A DNA stretch of 64,000 nucleotides from Eledone cirrhosa (Eukaryota). Below the pieces are notes generated by a model. That model did not search any database. It saw only the letters and a list, made by a program, of their open reading frames with translations, and was not told the origin of the DNA. The stretch's first letter is position 1. Every line of letters begins with the position of its first letter. Shown piece by piece: positions 55,853-64,000 of this stretch. The stretch covers positions 112,840,001 to 112,904,000 of the forward strand of contig OZ024740.1 of NCBI GenBank assembly GCA_964016885.1, written 5' to 3'. The position numbers were made by a program, and so were the translations under genes.

Positions 55853-56972
55853 GTGATGAAGAGAGAGATGTAAGGGATGTAGAATGAGATGTATAGTGTG
55901 TAGAGGAACGTAGGAAAGAGCGTAAAAAACAAAAATAATAACACGAGATTTAATTGTCCCTATATTTCGGATTCGCATCCATCAAATGGGAGGAGGGGGG
56001 GTTTATCTGTCGGAGAGGAATGGTACGTGTCCTCTGCTGTTTGCTGTTTATGACTAACTGAGGTATTCTGCAGAGCTCACATGCGCGCGGAATAGGTGCG
56101 GTCAAGCAAAGGTCGAAGCAGTTCTTTTAATTGTGGGAGTGGGATGGCGTTAGCTGTCAATCTATTGTACTATTTATCTGTGCTGGTTTTTGGTACTAGC
56201 AGTGTAGTAAAGTCGTATGGTAGTAGTCTGCCTGGTCGCTTGTTGGTCGGTGGAAGGTGGCGGTGCTACAACCACACTATAACAATCGTTCGAATGCCAC
56301 TGTGTGCGTGTGTGTGTGCGTGTGTTGTTGTCTCGTTTGTTTACACTGTAAACAAACGAGACAACAACACACGCACGGTTGGTGTAAACTTTACATCAAC
56401 CACCTCATCTCACTTCTCTCGGATCGGTTATTTATTTGTGGCCCTTGGCGTTTGATCCAAAGTGCTTCCTTGATTCGTAGCGTGCAGACGTTGCGTTCTG
56501 TCACTAGCCCTGTGACAATGGGCCTTCCGTATTTTTTTCCGCGTTTGGTTATGTGTGTTCCAGAAGGACGAGGCCCTGGTGTTGATGTGCTCCTTGATCC
56601 GGATATGTAGCGGCCGGATTGTGCTACCGATATAGTAGTGGTTGCACTTGTCACATTCTACCTTGTATACAACGGATGTGCGTAAGCAACAGTTCGTATG
56701 GCGCCTCGGACAGTTTCTGAGGGAAATATAGGGACAATTAAATCTCTCCCAAGGTAACTCTATCTCGTGTTATTATTTTTATTTTTTACGCTCTTTCCTA
56801 CGTTCCTCTACACACTATACATCTCATTCTACATTCCCTTACATCTCTCTCTTCATCACCAGATCCTGTTACTCGGAGACTTACCCATCTGCATTGTTGA
56901 GGCTTCCAAAACGACCAAAAGAAAATAAATCTTATTATTCCACAATGCTTCAAGCAAACTTCAATACTCTCT
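55849..56972 (-). mobile_element. 5'-truncated Penelope-like element with inverted pLTR
   Basis: GIY-YIG fragment, then pLTR 55849-55995 (decayed hammerhead with GGAU-gcga-AUCC-GAAA); inverted pLTR 56723-56862 plus tail; (TA)n flanks. Confidence 0.85.
56391..56718 (-). pseudogene. Penelope GIY-YIG endonuclease domain (one frameshift)
   Basis: CLRTSVVYKVECDKCNHYYIGSTIRPLHIRIKEH, then LRIKEALWIKRQGPQINNR. Confidence 0.88.
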
Positions 56973-56980
56973 TATATATA

Positions 56981-57070
<90 letters not shown>

Positions 57071-57318
57071 TATATATATATATGAATAAAGTTAGTGCTT
57101 CATTTGTATTTCATCGTTTTAAAGACCATATACCTCCGGTTGGTGCGAGCAACGGCTAAAGAAAGTCGTTGGGACACGTAAATAAGGGGAACGAGCGAGA
57201 CTGTAAACAATCAAAGAGGGTAATGCAACGAAAAGTGAGGAAGAAAGAGTCAAGTCCCAGATTTCTATGAATATAAGTTCGGTGAAATCGTGAACGAGAG
57301 AGAATAAAGACCATCAAA

Positions 57319-57438
<120 letters not shown>

Positions 57439-57896
57439 GGAGAGAAGTACTGAGAAAGACAGAGAGAGAAGAGAGAGAGAGTGAGAGAGAAGTGACAGAG
57501 AGAAGAAAGAGAAAGAGGAGAAGATGGATAGATAGAGAGAGAAGGGGGAATAGATCAAACGAAATACAAGGCCTCACACATGTTATTGTTGCTATAATGT
57601 TAAAATATCAGTGGTCACGTGATATTCAATGTGTCAAGTAGGAATCATATGAAATAATATTAAAATAAGAAGCCTGCGTCTTGTTGAAATCTATATATTT
57701 CTGAGTACACACACTTACAAACATGAAACACACACATACAGACACACACACTTATGTATATGAGTAAGAAGTTCATATATGCAGACACATAAATATCAAA
57801 TTTCGTTTTAATTAAATTGAAATATATGAGTGTGTATATGCATGAACGCGTGTGAATTTACATATATATATATTTATATATGTGTGTATATATATA

Positions 57897-58170
57897 TCTA
57901 AAAGTCTAAAGTCTGTCTTAAGCCAGAAGGCTCATTTGGCCGGTGCTTATCCCGGTTTCATGGCATGAAGCGACTGAGAGTACAAGACTCCGTCTTGGAC
58001 AGGACGCCAGTCCATCGCAAGGTTAAACCCCCAGCTTTTGCTGGTACTCATTTTCAGCAGAGTATACTGTAGCAACGTGAAATGAAGTGTTTTGCTCAAG
58101 AACACAACACGCAATCCAGAAATCGACCCCATGACATTATGATCGTAAGTCGAAATCCCTAGGCCACGTA
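57897..58170 (-). mobile_element. tRNA-derived V-SINE-like element with (TTTAGAC)n tail
   Basis: Reverse complement ttgagcaaaacacttcatttcacgttgct...aatgagtaccagc...aaccttgcgatggactggcgtcctgtcc. Confidence 0.75.
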
Positions 58171-58217
58171 CCTCCACACACACACACTCATACACGCACG
58201 CACATACACACTCACAA

Positions 58218-58260
<43 letters not shown>

Positions 58261-58455
58261 TATATATATACTTATGTATACACTTTTATATATAGGTATA
58301 TATGTATATATGTAATATACATGCTTATACACACACACGCACACACATACACCGGGAGCTTATATCCGTAGTAAGTAAAGCACTCAGTCCAGAGGACGAG
58401 TTCGGTATAGAGATAATGTGAGGTGGAATTAACTCTCTCTCTATATATATCCATA

Positions 58456-59224
58456 CGAGGTGTGTCAGTAAAGAAACAGAGCTACAAACTACAGGGTTCC
58501 CCTCAAAATAACCCCCTCAAGTCTAACGCACTTTCCTATCCTTCTTCCCCACTCCTTCATGCCCGCCTGGAAGAATTCTCCACAGCTCTTTCGTCATGGC
58601 CATCTTGATGGCCTCCACATCCGGAAAACGGGTCCTACTCGAAGATCGTGGATGACTCTCCCCAGCAAGTCTGGTTCTGTTGCATGATACTCCAAGATGT
58701 GCTAACACACCTGCATGCAGCGATCCTTCTGGTCATCGTTCAGCAGCTTCGGCACCATCTTCGTGCAGATCTTCTGCATGCATACAAATCTTCGGTGATA
58801 ATCCTCTAAACGCTGTCGTGGTTCATGCCAAGCTCATCGAACCATCAGCACGCATCACCTGCCTCATGCGCTCATCATTAGCCTCAGTCATGCTGGGGTC
58901 GTCTTCCACCATTTGAGCTACTCGAAAACCCATGAGGGCGACATTGTCTCATCTCCGTACACTTGCTGCAGCATTCCATGTTCTAACGGAGTTTTCCCCA
59001 GCCAGGTAACTCCAGATAGGTTCATTGTCCTGTGTCCATTGCTCCACGGCCTAAAATTGAGAAGCCATTAATAAAAGCATGTAAAAGAATATACAATGAC
59101 GACAGAAAGCAGATATTGCAGTATATTTGCCGGATATTACGTCTCACAGTAACGCAAACCGGTAATCCCTACCCCTCTCATAGCTCACACTGAACATTAA
59201 GTTCTTTTATTTTCTAACACACGT

Positions 59225-59226
<2 letters not shown>
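58456..59226 (-). mobile_element. Internally deleted mariner transposon relic
   Basis: EDDP, RIITEDL, KMVPKLLNDDQK and TRFPDVEAIKMA...RKVRLEGLF-like pieces; degenerate TIRs (cgaggtgtgtcagtaaag / ttttctaacacacgtct) flanked by TA. Confidence 0.75.
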
Positions 59227-59290
<64 letters not shown>

Positions 59291-59307
59291 CATACATACA
59301 TACACAC

Positions 59308-59376
<69 letters not shown>

Positions 59377-59534
59377 ATATATATTTATATAATATATATT
59401 ATATATATATTTATATAATATATATTATATATATATATATATTTATATAATATATATTATATATATATATATATTTATATAATATATATTTATATAATAT
59501 ATATTATATATATATATATATTTATATAATATAT

Positions 59535-59701
59535 ATTTATTAAAATAACAGATTAAAGTTTAAGTAAAGAATCGCTGCTTTCACCCTTAACGGGATCTTC
59601 TGAAAGTAAAAAAAAAATTTGCTCTACGGTTCTTATATATTTGATATATATTTATCCTTATCGAGCCCTCTTTAGATTTTAGTCTTCAAATTTATTATTA
59701 T

Positions 59702-59705
<4 letters not shown>
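59535..59705. mobile_element. PLE-like pLTR remnant with inverted 5' block; related pieces at 20780-20852 and 55670-55795
   Basis: Reverse complement of cagaagatcccgttaagggtgaaagc...aataaat joined to tttgctctacggttc...tattac. Confidence 0.6.
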
Positions 59706-59773
<68 letters not shown>

Positions 59774-60044
59774 GTATGTATGTATATATACACATATGTG
59801 TGTGTGTGTTTTTCTATAGAACCTGGTTCATGTACTTATACGAGTTTACCTGGGTCCAGTTCCACTGCGTGTCACCTTGGAAAGTATCTACTATTGCCAT
59901 ATGAGAGGAAATTGGGTAGGTGGAAACAGCAGAAGCTCGTCTCACACGCAAACACACACACACACATATTCCCACACACATACACATAAATATACACACA
60001 TACACGTAACATAATGCTACATATATGTATGTATGGGATTATGA

Positions 60045-60648
60045 ATGGCAGAATCGGTATAGCGTCGGACAACATGCTTTGCGGCATATTGTTATGGCCC
60101 TTTACATTTTGAGTTCAAATCCCGCCGATATTTTCTTTGCCTTTCATCCTTATTGGGTCGATAAAATAAAGTACCAGTTACGCAGTGGGGTCAATTTAAT
60201 AGACTTTCCCCTCCCCCAGAATTGCTGGCATAGTGCCTAAATCAGAAACCATTATTAAGGGCGGTGGATTGGTAGTATAGAGTTAGGGCCCTTTATGATC
60301 TGAGTTCCAATCCCGCCGAGGTTAACTTTGCCTTTCATCCTTACGAGCGTCGATAAAATAAAGTACCAGTAATGTACTGGGTAATTGCTTGCCTTGTGCC
60401 AAAAGTAGAAACAATTATTAAGGGCGGTGGATTGGCAGAATCGGTAGAGCGTCGGACAAAATGCTTTGCAATGCATTTAGTTCTGGCCCCTTTACGTTTC
60501 CAAGTTCAAATCATGCCGGGGTTGGCTTTGTCTTTCATCCTTACCGGATCGATAAAAAAAGTACCAGTAATGTACTGGGGTACATTTAGTCGACATTCCC
60601 CTTCCCTTCAAATTGCTGGCCTTGTGCCTAAAGTAGAAACAATTATTA
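60045..60648 (+). mobile_element. Head-to-tail trimer of Meta-domain-like tRNA SINE
   Basis: Three cores gcctttcatcctta..g..cgataaaa.aaagtaccag joined by agaaac.attattaa|gggcggtggattgg. Confidence 0.85.
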
Positions 60649-61423
60649 TTTTCACTATGCTCAGAAATACAAGTTGAAGTGGGTGTTGGAATTACTTTTC
60701 AAGTGTAAACTTCTCTAAACATACTTGTAGGCAAAATTCTTCAATTTATATCTCGTCTAGAATTTTTTGTAACATTTGTTGATGATTAGAGTTAAATATA
60801 TAGCAATCAATTGAAGGAAAGACGATGAAATTGTGTTTGGTTGAGTGTTTTTGTGCGAGCATATATGCAGGTATACATACACACAGAGAAATGAATGACA
60901 TACGTACATATATATATATGTGTGTGCATGTATGTATGTATATACATACTACTGTACGTCTGTATATATATATGTATGTACGTATACATAGTTAAATTTA
61001 AGTATAAGCCGTACTAAGTATGAGAAATGAAATTTAATTTTTTCCATTTATCGTTTTCTGTACGCCCGGCCGACTAACTCACCCGATATGCAAATTAGGC
61101 TGCTCAGCCGTTAATATGCATAAGGAAAGTATATACTTTCAAACGTTCACTCGACTGACAGGAAGGTATACGGTGCTGATGACAGCTAATAAGCTAGAAA
61201 CTAGTTCATCGTTCCTTTGTCAGTGTTGAACAAAAGGGCAACGATGGTTGCTAAACACTGTACGGCTTGATTCGGGCTGTTTGTTTACAAACAAACCGAT
61301 CATTATAATAAATGTTCGGTAATCCCATACGTACATATATATATATATATGTGTGCATGTATGTATGTATATACACACTACTGTACGTCTGTATACATAT
61401 ATGTATGTACGTATACATACTTA

Positions 61424-61510
<87 letters not shown>

Positions 61511-63550
61511 AGCAGTGATTGTGTAGATATTTAAGTATGTATGTGTAAATGTGTTTGTCCATGTATGAATGTGTGTATGTGTTTGTGCATGTATGTGTAT
61601 GTATGTGTGTATGTGTAGATGTAAAGGTATGTATGTGAATGTGTGTGTGTGTGTGTTTTGAGTTCAACACATTCCGACCAGCAAAAAATAGGAGACAAAT
61701 CTTTCTCAAATTACACATTGCTCTTTTATTGACCATTAGCCGTGTATAATAGAAATATATGAAGTATAACGTTGGGTGAACTATGGTCAAGCAAGCCTAT
61801 GATCAAAAGGCTTTTCTACTTTGTGCCTTCATTTTTATAGTTTTTTATCCCTATGCCAGACTTGATCAAGCAGATAAATGATGAAAGGTGTTGGAACCAT
61901 GCCCATGTTCTCTATCTTTCAGGTATATACTACATATAATTGCATTATTTAATATGTTCTTCATCATTTAAGATGATAGAATATAATTTGGGGGAGATTT
62001 GGCTGTCATAGCAACGCAAGTAACCTTGTAGCGACTCTCTGACTGGTATATACAACAGTAGTTGTCTATTATGAATGTCTGAAGAGCTATAAAGGTCATG
62101 TCATTAACGAGAGTGATTTACTGCTGTAATCAGTAAATTAATTACCACTAATGAGGCTTGAAACATGTTAGTTTGACCGAGATCAGACATTAGTAATAAG
62201 ATGAAAAATTTAATAACTATACTGTGAAGCAGCATTTTAAAATGATACCAGGACTCGTGGGTTTCTGTGTTATATAATTAAAAAAAGGTTAGATACACTG
62301 TTTAGATATTCTTTTATACTGGATACAGTTATTTGGGAGAGGCCAAGCTAGAGCATTGCTCCTAAGTATTTATAGTAGATTATTTCAAGAGCCCATCCTT
62401 CTTTAGGTTTGACAACATGACAAAAGCCGATTTCTTCGATAAAAATTCTTGATTATTTTCAGAAATATTTGAGAAACCAAGGCAGTGTTTTTCATTGAAA
62501 GAATAGTAAACCTTTTATATTAATTTATGTAAGAACCTTTTCTTTAGTCATTTTCTATACACTAACCCAGTAACGAGAAAGTTAGTTACGAAATGTGTAC
62601 AAATTCTTGATAATTTTTATAATTATTTAAAATAATAGCTGCTGGTACAGCTGTGTGGCTTCACAACCTCGTGGTTCTAGGTTCAGACCCCCTGTGCGGC
62701 GCTTTGAGCAACAGCTTTACAGCTACAGCTACAGGTTTGGGAGTAGAATTTGGTAGATGGAAACGGCAAAAATGCGTGAATGTCTTTGGGTGAGATCAAT
62801 AAGAGAAATAGGAAATCAACTTGGTGCCCTAATATGGCCAGAATCTAATGGCGTCAACATATTACAACAGCAAAATATTACAGAGCATATTTCATTTGCA
62901 GTATGGTAACGTTAGGGTTAACAGCTCTGGCTAAGAGCCGCCATCACTGAAGTGTAAAAAAACGGATAGCCAGACAAACACCCAATTCTAGTTAAAATAA
63001 TAATTCTGTATGTAACACAACTGCCGATGAAGTTGCTTTTTATGTCTGAAACCCATGTCAAGATAAAACTTAATGATACGAAATGAAAGATAAAAACAAA
63101 CATAAAAAACAAACATAAAAACAAAAAAAAAAAAAAACAAACATAAAAAACAAATAAAATACATAATCTCAGATAAAATATATAAAAATCGGGTGGGATG
63201 GGGGCTCGTTTAGTTATAAAACAAAAGAATATTGTTGATCTGGTTCCACCAGTCTTTTTTAAGAGAAATTGTGGAAATAAATATACCTGACTGAATCAGA
63301 TCGCTAACAGGGAAGAAAAACAAGAGGAAAAGCAAACAAAACCACCTAACAACAAAAAATAAAACAACAGGAAAAACAAATGCTTTTATAGCATTGAAAA
63401 CTTCGGGTAAACAGGAAAATGGAAGCGGAGAACTATGTATAAGAAAGCAATGATGTTAATGTTGTTGGACGTTCAGCTGTCTTGCAAACAATAATTCATA
63501 TTTTAGACTATAAATTAGAATTATAAATTAATACATTATATATAAGTTTA

Positions 63551-63619
<69 letters not shown>

Positions 63620-63627
63620 TATATAAA

Positions 63628-63768
63628 TATAGGAACAAGTATGACCCCGACGGCAGAGCTCAAGTCGTTTCGACGGCTATTTCAGTTCCTATTAACCACT
63701 CTACTACACTAAGTATTGAGTACTTTGGTGCGTTATGGTCCATCTGGTTCCTTACCACAATTCCTTCG

Positions 63769-63771
<3 letters not shown>
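63628..63771. mobile_element. PLE pLTR remnant with inverted 5' part
   Basis: Same family as 13105-13316 and 16578-16704; (TA)n flanks. Confidence 0.7.
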
Positions 63772-63843
<72 letters not shown>

Positions 63844-64000
63844 CATATATATATGCAGAGGTTATATTTAATTTGTTGGCATTCAACAAGCTTAACAATC
63901 CAGGAAGCTCCAACCGTTAAGGTTGTCTTTTTTTCTGGGTATGTCAATATTTATTTATAAAATAAATCTGTATTTTATCTGATGAAAGCGCACCATAATT

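Noticed and set aside
60045-60125. tRNA-like A/B boxes
   Set aside because: SINE heads; no complete cloverleaf, so not tRNA genes.
60899-61420. ~90-bp direct repeats at 60899 and 61328
   Set aside because: Mostly low-complexity TA/TG sequence; probably a local duplication.

Overview
AT-rich, microsatellite-saturated eukaryotic DNA with no recognisable host gene. The repeat content (very long (TA)n/(CA)n/(GATA)n tracts, tRNA-derived SINEs with Meta-like and V-like cores) suggests an octopus/cephalopod genome, which is an inference. Most ORF-track entries are microsatellite translations. The real content is transposable elements. (1) Tx1/L1-clade LINEs: a near full-length copy at 48056-53881 (+) and a head-to-tail array of three copies at 33251-41150 (-), all flanked by (TATC)n on the element's sense strand. 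(2) R4/Dong-like RLE LINEs sitting in (CATA)n and (TAA)n. (3) Many Penelope-like (PLE) remnants inserted in (TA)n as fold-back structures, including a GIY-YIG fragment at 56391-56718. (4) Two non-autonomous Helitrons, a mariner relic, a Vingi-like fragment with an 11-bp TSD, MITEs and SINEs. The most interesting signal is a set of hammerhead ribozymes (HHRs) read by eye. A non-coding ~591-bp unit is arrayed in tandem and inverted (20901-22770) and carries four type I HHRs with the rare compensatory U3:A8 core. Each strand could therefore release a unit-length, retrozyme-like (circularisable) RNA. A second, unrelated family also has the U3:A8 core (46630-47270), and a canonical pair lies at 11146-11397. 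All ribozyme calls are sequence/structure predictions and none has been tested.
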